From the NCBI GenBank assembly GCA_965220965.1, contig OZ244852.1, positions 928,001 through 992,000 on the forward strand: a stretch of 64,000 bases of DNA. Direction: 5' to 3'. Position 1 is the stretch's first letter. The number at the start of each line of letters is the position of its first letter. This document shows positions 55,657-64,000 of the stretch, in pieces. This DNA comes from Candidatus Marinacidobacterium sp. Lineage in GTDB: Bacteria; Acidobacteriota; Vicinamibacteria; Marinacidobacterales; Marinacidobacteraceae. The position numbers and the translations under genes are program-made. The notes under the pieces are model-generated. The model ran no database searches, had not been told where the DNA came from, and saw nothing but the letters and a program-made list of their open reading frames with translations.

Positions 55657-58323
55657 TCAGCCCTGGTTCGCTTCCCCGAGAGTCGTCCGGATCGCCTGAC
55701 GGACGGCGTCGTTCAGCGCGGGAAGCCCCGAGGGGTTCGGACCCCCGCCTTCGGCCCGGTCGGGACGGCCCCCGGCGCGCCCGCCGATGGCGGACGCCGC
55801 CTCGGCGAGGAGGCGGTTCGCCGGAAGACGGTCCGCCAGGTCGGGAGAGACGCCCAGGATGACGGCGACCCGTCCGTTCCGGACGCTGGCGGAAACGGCG
55901 ACCCACGAGCGCCCGTCCTGACGATCCCGGTAGGCGTCCATGAGGCGGCGGTGTTCGTGCTTCGAGGCGCCGTCGAGCGGCTCCGGGAACCAGACGCGAA
56001 CCCCGGCGATCTCTTCGGTGTCCTCCCGGGCCGACCCGTTTCCGGCGGACGCGGTCGCGAGGCGGTCGCGCAACCGATCCATCTCGCGCTCCATCCGCTT
56101 CAGGTCGGAGCGGAGCTTCTCGACCTTGCGGGCCACGTCCTCGGGGCGGGTGTTCGCCACCCGGCCGATCTCGTTCAGGAGGCGCCGTCCCCGGACGATG
56201 TGGTCCAGCGCGGCGCGCCCGGTCAGCGCCTCGATGCGCCGCACGCCGGCCGAGACCGACTCCTCGCCGGTGATGACGAACAGACCCGCCTCGCCGGTCG
56301 CCCCCAGGTGCGTCCCGCCGCAGAGCTCGATGCTGAACTCCGGCACCTCGATGACCCGCACCTCGGCGCCGTAGCGGTCCCCGAAGAACGCGAGCGCGCC
56401 CTTCGCGAGCGCGTCGTCCATCGGCATGACGCTCGCCAGGACTTCGCGGTCCGCGCGGACCTGCTCGTTGACGCGTCCCTCGATCGACTCGATCTCGGCC
56501 GGGGTGAGGGCGGCGAAGTGGGTGAAGTCGAAGCGCAACCGGTCCGGGGCCACGAGGGATCCCGCCTGCTTCACATGCGGACCGAGCGTGTCCCGCAGCG
56601 CCGCGTGAAGCAGGTGGGTCATCGTGTGGTGCTGCGCCGCTCCGGTTCGCCGCCCCGGGTCCACGAAGGCGTCCACCCGGTCTCCGGGGCTGATCTCGCC
56701 GGCCCGCACCCGGACCCGGTGGAGGACGATCCCGTCGCGGGCCTGGGTGTCCTCGACATCCACCACCGCGTCGTCCGCGCGCAGCAGTCCCCGGTCGCCA
56801 ACCTGGCCGCCGCCCTCGGGGTAGAACGGCGTCCGGTCGAGGATGAGGTCCCCGGCGTCGCCCTCGCGGAGCACGGCGACCGTCCCGACATCCGGCGCGG
56901 GGGACAGGAGGGCGAGCACCCGGGCGCCGGAGTCCTCGACTCCGTCGTGCCCGACGAACCGGGTGGGCCGCCCGCCGGTGACTTCCCGGTGGATGCCCGA
57001 ACGATCGGCTGCGGCGGCCGCGCCTCCCTTCCAGGACTGCCGGGCGCGCTCGCGGGCCTCCCGCATTCGCGCTTCGAACCCGGCGGCGTCCACCTGAAGG
57101 CCCCGCTCGCCGGCGACCTCTTCCACGAAATCGAGCGGAAGACCGAAGGTGTCGTACAGCCGGAACGCTTCGTCCCCGGAGATCGCCGCCGCCTCCTGGA
57201 CTTCGGGCCGCGCGAGCACGCGGTCCAGTTGGGTCATGGCGGTTGCGATCGTGCCGCTGAAGCGCTCCTCCTCGAAGGCCGCCACCCGCCCGATCAGGTC
57301 CTTCGAGAGGCTCAGCTCGGGCCAGGCGTCTTCCAGATGGGAGACGGCGGCCGCGGTCAGATCCCCCAGGAACGGCCCCTCGATGCCGGCGCGGCGACCG
57401 AAGCGCAGCGCCCGGCGCAGGATCTTCCGGAGGACGTATCCCCGGCCGTCGTTCGCCGGCAGGACGCCGTCGGCGACCAGAAACGCGGTGGCCCGGGCGT
57501 GGTCGGCGATGACCCGCGCGGCGGTGGCGACGGCGGCGTCGTCTCCCGAGGCGCGTTCCCGCACCGCCCGCGTCAGCGGAGCGAACAGGTCGGTGTCGTA
57601 GTTCGAGGGGACTCCCTGCATGACGGCGGCGAGGCGCTCGAGGCCCATCCCGGTGTCCACCGAAGGGGCGGGGAGAGGGGTCAGCGCGCCGTCCGCATCC
57701 CGATCGAACTGCATGAACACCAGGTTCCAGATTTCGAGATGGCGATCCTCCCCGTCGAACGCCAGGCCCTGGTCGTAGTGGATCTCCGAGCACGGCCCGC
57801 AGGGGCCGGTGTCGCCCATGGACCAGAAGTTCTCGGACGCCGGGAGGGCGGCGATCCGCTCTTCGGGGACGTACGCCGTCCACAGGCGCCGGGCCTCGTC
57901 ATCCGCCGGGGTGCTCTCGTCGCCGGCGAACACCGAGACGGAGAGACGGTCGGGATCGAGGCCGAGGTCCGCAGTGAGGAACTCCCACGCGAGGGCGATG
58001 GCCTGATCCTTGAAGTAGTCCCCGAACGAGAAGTTCCCAAGCATCTCGAAGAAGGTGTGGTGCCGGGGGGTGAACCCCACGTTGTCGAGGTCGTTGTGCT
58101 TTCCGCCGGCCCGCACGCACTTCTGGACGGTGACGGCGCGGGGGTGATCGGGAGCGGCCCGGCCGAGGAAGTAGTCCTTGAATTGGTTCATCCCGGCGTT
58201 CGCGAAGAGCAGCGTCGGGTCGTCTCTCGGGACGAGCGGAGAGCTTCCGAGAACCCGGTGTCCGCGCTGGCCGAAGAAGTCGAGGAACGCCCGGCGCAGC
58301 TCCGCGCCCCCACGCGGGGTCAC
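55657..58323 (-). CDS. alaS: Alanine--tRNA ligase
   Basis: DPTLLFANAGMNQFK, RHHTFFEMLGNFSFGDYFK, DTGMGLER, HTMTHLLH, ELCGGTH. Confidence 0.98.
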   Translation of the reverse strand: MTPRGGAELRRAFLDFFGQRGHRVLGSSPLVPRDDPTLLFANAGMNQFKDYFLGRAAPDHPRAVTVQKCVRAGGKHNDLDNVGFTPRHHTFFEMLGNFSFGDYFKDQAIALAWEFLTADLGLDPDRLSVSVFAGDESTPADDEARRLWTAYVPEERIAALPASENFWSMGDTGPCGPCSEIHYDQGLAFDGEDRHLEIWNLVFMQFDRDADGALTPLPAPSVDTGMGLERLAAVMQGVPSNYDTDLFAPLTRAVRERASGDDAAVATAARVIADHARATAFLVADGVLPANDGRGYVLRKILRRALRFGRRAGIEGPFLGDLTAAAVSHLEDAWPELSLSKDLIGRVAAFEEERFSGTIATAMTQLDRVLARPEVQEAAAISGDEAFRLYDTFGLPLDFVEEVAGERGLQVDAAGFEARMREARERARQSWKGGAAAAADRSGIHREVTGGRPTRFVGHDGVEDSGARVLALLSPAPDVGTVAVLREGDAGDLILDRTPFYPEGGGQVGDRGLLRADDAVVDVEDTQARDGIVLHRVRVRAGEISPGDRVDAFVDPGRRTGAAQHHTMTHLLHAALRDTLGPHVKQAGSLVAPDRLRFDFTHFAALTPAEIESIEGRVNEQVRADREVLASVMPMDDALAKGALAFFGDRYGAEVRVIEVPEFSIELCGGTHLGATGEAGLFVITGEESVSAGVRRIEALTGRAALDHIVRGRRLLNEIGRVANTRPEDVARKVEKLRSDLKRMEREMDRLRDRLATASAGNGSAREDTEEIAGVRVWFPEPLDGASKHEHRRLMDAYRDRQDGRSWVAVSASVRNGRVAVILGVSPDLADRLPANRLLAEAASAIGGRAGGRPDRAEGGGPNPSGLPALNDAVRQAIRTTLGEANQG

Positions 58324-58865
58324 GACTCCACCTCCCCGGAGGCCCGGGTGGATTCGTCCACGGCGCGGCGGGCCGCCTCGAACGAGAACCCCCGCGAGAG
58401 AAGTCGCCGGAGCTGTCGCTCCCGGACCCTTCGCAGCTCCCGTCGGGCCGCCCGGTCATCCATCCCCTCGTCGCTCGGCCGGGCGGATCCGGGACGGGCG
58501 TTCATCTTCTCCAGAACCCGGGACGCCCGGCTCTCCTCGGCGCCGTCGGGAAAGGCCTCGCGGATCGCCTCATCGATCAGGTCCGCCGGCAGGAGACGCC
58601 TTCTCAGGTAGTGGCGGAGGAGGGCCGGCCCGTGGAGCCGATCCTCGGCGCGCCGGGCGGCGAGCGACTGCGCCAGGCCGCGGTCGTCGAGGTAGCGGCG
58701 TTCCCTGAGCTTCGCGACCGTCTGGTCGATTTCCCCGGCTTCGCGCCCGCGCTCCTCGAGGCGCTTCCGGACCTCCCCCTCGCTGAGGTCGCGCCGCGCC
58801 AGCAGGGCGAGCGCCTCGCTCCACGCGGACTTGCGGGGAGACGCGCTCTCTGTGGCGGCGACCAT
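58320..58865 (-). CDS. recX: Regulatory protein RecX
   Basis: ALALLARRDLSEGEVRKRL, YLDDRGLA, LLSRGFS; directly upstream of alaS. Confidence 0.88.
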   Translation of the reverse strand: MVAATESASPRKSAWSEALALLARRDLSEGEVRKRLEERGREAGEIDQTVAKLRERRYLDDRGLAQSLAARRAEDRLHGPALLRHYLRRRLLPADLIDEAIREAFPDGAEESRASRVLEKMNARPGSARPSDEGMDDRAARRELRRVRERQLRRLLSRGFSFEAARRAVDESTRASGEVES

Positions 58866-58897
58866 GGCGGGAGACTAACGCCGGGGAGGACCGCCCA

Positions 58898-59830
58898 TCA
58901 GGCGCCGCAGTGGGCGCAGCGCTCCGCGTCCGGGTGCCGGGGCCGGCCGCAGTTCCAGCACTTCCGTCGCCGGCCGGGCCGGCCCTCCCGGATCCGCAAG
59001 CGCACCGCTTCGAGTTCCTCGCTGGAGTCGCCGAACGCCGCGATCTCCCGAAGATCCGACAGCATGGCGCCGGCGTCGCCGTAGCGGTCCGGGAGGCGGG
59101 GCGCCAGCGCGCGGGCCACGACCGCATCGAGGTCGGTCGAAACCATCGGGTTGCGCTTTCGCGGGTGCCGGTTCGCCCCCGCCTCCACCAGCGTCTGCTG
59201 CCGATCGGGATCCGGGTCCCGATACGGCAGCGTTCCGGTGAGCATTTCGTAGAGCACGACCCCCATCGAGTAGAGATCCGAGGCGAAGGCCCCCTCGCCG
59301 CGGAACTGTTCGGGCGCGAGGTAGTAGGGGTTCCCCACGTGCTGGTTCTGGCGCTCCACCAGGCGGACGGTCCGGGCCATCCCGAAGTCGCTGATCTTCA
59401 CGCTGTCCTTCGCGAGCAGGATGTTTTCGGCGCTCAGGTCGCCGTGCAGGACCGCCTTGCCGTGAGCGTGCGCCAGGCCGGCGAGCGCCCGGGAGGCGAT
59501 CCGGAGCGCCAGTCGCGGGTTCAGGCGTCCCTCGGCTTCGAGCCGGCTGGCGAGCGACGGCCCGTCCACCCACTCCATGACCACGAACAGGACTCCGTCG
59601 CGCTCGTCACAGGCGAGCAGCCGGACGATGTTGGGGTGTTCCAGCGAGGCGAGCACCTGGGACTCCCGGAGGAGCGCTTCCCGGCCGGCGGCGGTCTGAT
59701 CATGCGGCACCTTGATGGCGCGGCGGCGGTCCAGAAGGACATCGCGCACCAGGTACACGGCGGCGAAGGTCCCCTTGCCGATGTTGCGCTGGACCTCGTA
59801 GTTGCCGACCCGCTGCCCCAACCGGAACAT
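58898..59830 (-). CDS. Hanks-type Ser/Thr protein kinase with C-terminal zinc ribbon
   Basis: IGKGTFAAVY, AIK, HPNIV, HGDLSAEN, DFG, APE, SDLYSMG; CWNC...CAHC tail. Confidence 0.88.
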   Translation of the reverse strand: MFRLGQRVGNYEVQRNIGKGTFAAVYLVRDVLLDRRRAIKVPHDQTAAGREALLRESQVLASLEHPNIVRLLACDERDGVLFVVMEWVDGPSLASRLEAEGRLNPRLALRIASRALAGLAHAHGKAVLHGDLSAENILLAKDSVKISDFGMARTVRLVERQNQHVGNPYYLAPEQFRGEGAFASDLYSMGVVLYEMLTGTLPYRDPDPDRQQTLVEAGANRHPRKRNPMVSTDLDAVVARALAPRLPDRYGDAGAMLSDLREIAAFGDSSEELEAVRLRIREGRPGRRRKCWNCGRPRHPDAERCAHCGA

Positions 59831-60555
59831 CAGGCCTCCTCCGCGGCTTCCAGCAGGCGCGCCGCCGCGATCACCGCCGCCGTGGCGGTGCGGAGCACCC
59901 GCTCACCGAGATCCAGTCGAACGAACCCGCGGTCGCGCGCGGCGGCGAGTTCCCCGGGAGCAAAGCCGCCCTCGGGACCAATGGCGACGACCAGATCGCG
60001 GCCGTCCCCCGCCGGGGGCGACTGCCCGGATTGACGGACCCCGGGGAGCGGCGTCAGCGACGCGATCCGGCGAACCGGGGGCAGGGGAGCGGCCAGGAAG
60101 TCGGCGAACGCGACCGGCCGCTCCACTCGCGGAATCCTGGCCCGTCCGCACTGCCGGGTTCCGGAGAGCGCCGCCTCCCGCCAGCGCGCCGGTCGGCGGC
60201 GGCCATCCGACGTTCGCTCGGTGATCAGCGGAATGAGCCGGGAGGCTCCCAGCTCCGCCAGTTGGCGCGCCACTCGGGTGAGTCCGTCGCCCTTCGGGGG
60301 AGCGACCGCGAGGGTGAGGCGCCGCCCCGGCTCGCGCGAAGGGACTTCGGCGTCGACCGCGAGGCGGCATCGGCCGCGCCCGTCGGCGGCGAGGAAGCGG
60401 GCGGCGTAGGCGCGTCCGACGCCGTCGAAGACCTCGACCTCCACCCCCGGTTCGAGCCGCAGGACCCGGAGCAGGTAGTGCGACTCCGCCTCCTCCAGCC
60501 GGACCTCGGCGCCCGCGGCGGCGCCCGGCGCGTGGAAGCGGCGGAGGACGGACAC
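59830..60555 (-). CDS. rsmE: 16S rRNA m3U1498 methyltransferase
   Basis: HYLLRVLRL, FDG, ELGA, QCGR, IGPEGGF, LGERVLRTATA. Confidence 0.93.
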   Translation of the reverse strand: MSVLRRFHAPGAAAGAEVRLEEAESHYLLRVLRLEPGVEVEVFDGVGRAYAARFLAADGRGRCRLAVDAEVPSREPGRRLTLAVAPPKGDGLTRVARQLAELGASRLIPLITERTSDGRRRPARWREAALSGTRQCGRARIPRVERPVAFADFLAAPLPPVRRIASLTPLPGVRQSGQSPPAGDGRDLVVAIGPEGGFAPGELAAARDRGFVRLDLGERVLRTATAAVIAAARLLEAAEEA

Positions 60556-60566
60556 GCAGGCTTCCC

Positions 60567-61481
60567 CTAGTTGCGCCGAAGCAGGGCGGCGACCCACAGA
60601 TCCGGAGGGCCGCCACCGCCGGCTTCGGGCGCCTCCGGCTCGGCGCGGACTTCGCGGATCCGCAGCGCGTTGCGGTGGCAGGCCTCGAGTGCGGGGCCCG
60701 CCGCGGCGCGCAGGAAACCCGACAGGATGAGCCGCCCGCGGCGGCGAATGCGGGGCGCGGCGAAGGCCGCGAGCGGCGGCGCCAGCGCCGCGGTGAGGTT
60801 CCCCACGATCCAGTCGAAACCGCGGGGAGCGAAGCGGCGCAGCAGAGCGTTCGTCGCCTCATCGCGGAAGTCGCCCTCCAGCGCCGCCACCTGACGGCCC
60901 ACGCCATTGGTGGTCGCCGTCCGCCGGGCCTCGGCGACCGCCAGCGGGTCCACGTCCACTGCGGCCACCCGGCCGACGCCGAGTCTCGCCGCCGCGACCG
61001 CGAGGATCCCCGACCCGGTCCCGATGTCGAGCACCCGGAGCCGGCGCCTCCGGGACGGACGGACCCGCCGCAGGCCTTCGCAGAGCAGACCGGCCGCGAG
61101 CCGGGTGGTGGGGTGGACTCCGGTGCCGAAGGCGCTCCCCGGAGTCAGAAGGAGGGACGGAAGGCGGAGTTGTCCGGGGACGGTGGGCGGATGGACGAAG
61201 AAGCCTCCCGCCACGACGCCCCGGAAGAACGCCCGAAACGCGCGGCTCCAGTCCTCGGGCGGCTCCGGCGGGAGCTCGCGAAGCGTGACGCCCCCGTCGC
61301 CCCGAAGCGCCGAAATCGCCCTTCGCCGACCCGCCCGGGATCGAAACCAGAGGCGAAGCGAGCCAGGGCTGTCCGGAGACGGGACTTCATCGGCGCCCAG
61401 GAAGTCCTCGAGGCCCTCCATCACCGTCCGCCACGGCCCTTCGTCCGGTTCCGGAGATGTCAGGAGCAACGGGTAGGTCAT
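60567..61481 (-). CDS. prmA: Ribosomal protein L11 methyltransferase
   Basis: PGSAFGTGVHPTT, VLDIGTGSGILA, DVDP, ILSGF; lies between dnaJ and rsmE. Confidence 0.88.
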   Translation of the reverse strand: MTYPLLLTSPEPDEGPWRTVMEGLEDFLGADEVPSPDSPGSLRLWFRSRAGRRRAISALRGDGGVTLRELPPEPPEDWSRAFRAFFRGVVAGGFFVHPPTVPGQLRLPSLLLTPGSAFGTGVHPTTRLAAGLLCEGLRRVRPSRRRRLRVLDIGTGSGILAVAAARLGVGRVAAVDVDPLAVAEARRTATTNGVGRQVAALEGDFRDEATNALLRRFAPRGFDWIVGNLTAALAPPLAAFAAPRIRRRGRLILSGFLRAAAGPALEACHRNALRIREVRAEPEAPEAGGGGPPDLWVAALLRRN

Positions 61482-61531
61482 GCCGGACGGCATCGTGGAA
61501 GACGGCTCCTCGCGGGGAAGTCCGCGCCCGG

Positions 61532-62761
61532 TCAGGAGAACAACCGGCCCAGCCGCGACCTGCGCTTCGGGGAAGGTCGGTCTCCCTTCTCGCCTCCTCC
61601 GCCGGCGTCGTCGGAAGCAGCCCTCTCCCCCGCGTCCTCCGCCTGCCGCCTCGGCGCCGCGGATTCGTCCTCAGCCCGCCCGGGCGGAGCGCCGAGTTCG
61701 TCCGCCAGCTCCTCGACGGCTCGTCGGGCGCGGCCACCCAGCTTCTTCGGAACCTCGACCTGGATGCGCACGATGTGATGGCCCCGCGTCCCGCGGCGCA
61801 GCACCGGGAACCCCTGGTTCCGCAACCTCAGCTCGGCCCCCGGCTGGGTCCCGGGAGGGATCCGGAGCGACTGCTCCCCCCAGATCGTCGGGATCCGGAT
61901 GCTGGTTCCAAGGGCCGCCTCGGGGAAGGTGATCGTCTCGTCGCTGCGAACGGTGGCGCCCTCCCGCCTGCGCACCGGGTCCGGGCGCAAATGGATGAGC
62001 ACGAACAGGTCGCCGGGCGGTCCACCGTGGCGCCCCGGCTCCCCTTCGCCGGGCAGGCGCAACTGGTTTCCGTCGTCCACGCCCGCCGGAAGCCGCACGG
62101 TGATGTCCCGCTGCCGGGGGCTGTTTCCCGCTCCGGCGCAGGTCCGGCAAGGATGATCCACGATGCGGCCCGCGCCGCGGCACTCGCCGCAGGGGTGGCT
62201 CATCACCACGAACCCGCGGCGCACCTGCTGCTGGCCCCGTCCACCGCACCGCGGACACGAACGGGGGCGAGCGCCCGGCTCCACCCCACCGCCCTGACAC
62301 GCGTCGCAGGGCTCGGAGCGGGAGATCCGGATCCTTCTCGAGGAGTCCCGGCGCGGCTCGTCGAAGTCCAGATGGAGTTCGTACTGGATGTCGTGGCCCC
62401 GCTGCGGGCCGCGCGCCTGGGGCCCACCCCCGAACATCTGGCCAAACAGATCGAAGACCGACCCACCCCCGAAGAGATCCTCGAAGTCGCGGAAGATCTC
62501 CTGGTTCACCGGGCCACCGGCGGCTCCACCGACTCCGGCGTGACCGAAGCGGTCGAAGCGCGCCCGCTTTCCACTGTCGCCCAGAATGCTGTACGCCTCG
62601 GAGGCCTGCTTGAAGGCCTCCTCGGCCTCCTTGTCCCCCGGGTTCCGGTCCGGGTGGTGCTTCACCGCCTGTCGGCGGTAGGCGCGCTTGATGTCCTCGG
62701 CGGTCGCGTCCCGATCGACCCCCAGAACCTCGTACGGATCGCGCTCGGCGAGCGTTGGCAT
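61532..62761 (-). CDS. dnaJ: Chaperone DnaJ
   Basis: J-domain HPD, G/F region, four CxxCxGxG repeats. Confidence 0.96.
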   Translation of the reverse strand: MPTLAERDPYEVLGVDRDATAEDIKRAYRRQAVKHHPDRNPGDKEAEEAFKQASEAYSILGDSGKRARFDRFGHAGVGGAAGGPVNQEIFRDFEDLFGGGSVFDLFGQMFGGGPQARGPQRGHDIQYELHLDFDEPRRDSSRRIRISRSEPCDACQGGGVEPGARPRSCPRCGGRGQQQVRRGFVVMSHPCGECRGAGRIVDHPCRTCAGAGNSPRQRDITVRLPAGVDDGNQLRLPGEGEPGRHGGPPGDLFVLIHLRPDPVRRREGATVRSDETITFPEAALGTSIRIPTIWGEQSLRIPPGTQPGAELRLRNQGFPVLRRGTRGHHIVRIQVEVPKKLGGRARRAVEELADELGAPPGRAEDESAAPRRQAEDAGERAASDDAGGGGEKGDRPSPKRRSRLGRLFS

Positions 62762-62800
62762 GTTGTCTCGTCCGACCCGTGAGCCTCGCGAACGACCGGG

Positions 62801-63499
62801 TCAGGCCGAAACCGGCTCGGCCGGGCGGGCGCCATCCGCGTCGCCCGCGGCGTCGTCCTCCGCATCCGGCGCGCCGACGGCGACGACGACCTGCGTCGGG
62901 CGGATCGCCCGGCCGTCGAGCAGGTAGCCCCGGCGGACGACCGAAACCACCTCGCCGTCGGCCTGTCCCGGGCCGGCGGGAACCTGCTGAAGCGCCTCGT
63001 GAAGCCGGGGGTCGAAAGGCGCGCCCAGCGCGTCGATTTCCGATAGCCCCAGTCGGGTCAGCGTGTCCTCGAAACGGCGCAGGACGAGCCGCACTCCGTC
63101 GCTCAGCGCCTGCAGCGACGCCCGCTCGGCCGCCTCGGACTCGTTCGGGGCGGCGTCCAGGGTGCGCGACGCCTCCTCGACCGCCCGCCCGAGGTCGTCC
63201 AGCACCGGCAGGAAGCCCGAACAGACGTCTTCGAGGGCGCGGGACCGGAAGCGACTCCTTTCGTCCCGGGCGCGCCGCTGGACGTTCAGGAGGTCCGCCT
63301 GGGCTCGCCGCGCCACGTCCTTGGCCTCCGCGGCCTCCCGCCGGACGCCTTCGAGCTCTTCGCGAAGAACCTCGATCGGATCCGGCTCGGAGAGTTCAGG
63401 CGCCGGCTCCGCTCCGTCGGATGCAGGACTCACGCCGGTTTCGACCTCCCCGGAATCGGGAGCCGCGGCGTCTGGCGCAGGAACAGGGGGATCGGACAT
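62801..63499 (-). CDS. grpE: Nucleotide exchange factor GrpE
   Basis: RAQADLLN, FLPVLDDL, FDPRLHEA, GYLLDGRAIRP. Confidence 0.93.
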   Translation of the reverse strand: MSDPPVPAPDAAAPDSGEVETGVSPASDGAEPAPELSEPDPIEVLREELEGVRREAAEAKDVARRAQADLLNVQRRARDERSRFRSRALEDVCSGFLPVLDDLGRAVEEASRTLDAAPNESEAAERASLQALSDGVRLVLRRFEDTLTRLGLSEIDALGAPFDPRLHEALQQVPAGPGQADGEVVSVVRRGYLLDGRAIRPTQVVVAVGAPDAEDDAAGDADGARPAEPVSA

Positions 63500-63664
63500 G
63501 GGGGCGGCGATCGATGGCTTGGGGGCGGGGACTTCGGGTCGGCACAGGCGCACCGCCCACCACACGGCTGGACTCTCGCGAGCCGTCGGGACCGCTGCGC
63601 GGAGGGCGCACACGGGAAGAGCGCCGCGCGTCCTGAGCTGGGGGCGCCTGTTCCGGAACCGGAG

Positions 63665-64000
63665 TCAGACTACCACGGAGGACCCTCCGAACTCGCGGGC
63701 GAACGCGGCGGCGAGGGCCCGGGCGACGGTGGCCCGGTCGGGCGCCCCGCATCCCCGGATCTCGGCGAGCCCGGTCGCCCGGATGGGAGAGTCCTCGGGG
63801 AGACCGGCCACCGCGTTCGTCAGCGCCCGGTTCACCCGCCAGGGGATGGCGCCATGCTGCAGGAAGGCGCCTCGGCGCCATCGCTGCGCGCCGGCGACGA
63901 GCTTCCGCCCCCCGACAGAGAGTTCATGGCCGGTCGAGACCGCAAGGCAGGGGAGCCGCGCCGGCGAGCGATCCGCCCCGGCGCGAGCCGGGAGGTCGAG
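63665..64000 (-). CDS. Lipoate--protein ligase family protein, 3' part (truncated by window edge)
   Basis: Own translation from 64000 gives PCLAVSTGHELSVGGRKLVAGAQRWRRGAFLQHGAIP; stop TGA at 63665-63667. Confidence 0.8.
   Translation of the reverse strand, partial: LDLPARAGADRSPARLPCLAVSTGHELSVGGRKLVAGAQRWRRGAFLQHGAIPWRVNRALTNAVAGLPEDSPIRATGLAEIRGCGAPDRATVARALAAAFAREFGGSSVVV

Noticed and set aside
55951-58611. 886-aa plus-strand ORF and similar long Arg/Pro/Gly-rich ORFs
   Set aside because: Antisense or off-frame shadows of alaS and other real genes

Overview
Gene-dense, very GC-rich (about 70% or more by eye) bacterial chromosomal segment with about 62 CDS and one tRNA-Arg(CCT). Gene content (DUF5916/CBM9, M28/M20 peptidases, SpoIVB-S55, ECF sigma plus DUF4097/DUF5668 cluster, grpE-dnaJ without dnaK) suggests an Acidobacteriota-like organism; this is inference only. 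Core content: histidine biosynthesis split into hisZ, hisGDCBHA and an inverted hisF-hisIE; riboflavin genes; purC, apt, nrdR, mtaB, pgpA-cinA-thpR, alaS, recX, rsmE, prmA, dnaJ and grpE. No transposase, integrase, phage gene or CRISPR array is recognisable. Most notable: (1) a CxxC plus RAPP arrest-motif leader peptide (CruR/CutF/DUF2946-like) upstream of a MerC-like membrane gene across a hairpin-rich spacer; (2) a Fic gene bracketed by two ~105-nt triple-hairpin direct repeats whose stem substitutions keep G-U pairing on one strand; (3) an in-frame HisZ/class-IV aminotransferase fusion; (4) a TAnnnT hexamer 6-10 nt before many start codons, suggesting leaderless transcription; (5) a highly structured ~235-nt intergenic element at 7.8-8.06 kb; (6) a frameshifted aldo-keto reductase-Rid fusion. 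All family calls come from motif recognition by eye, not database searches.
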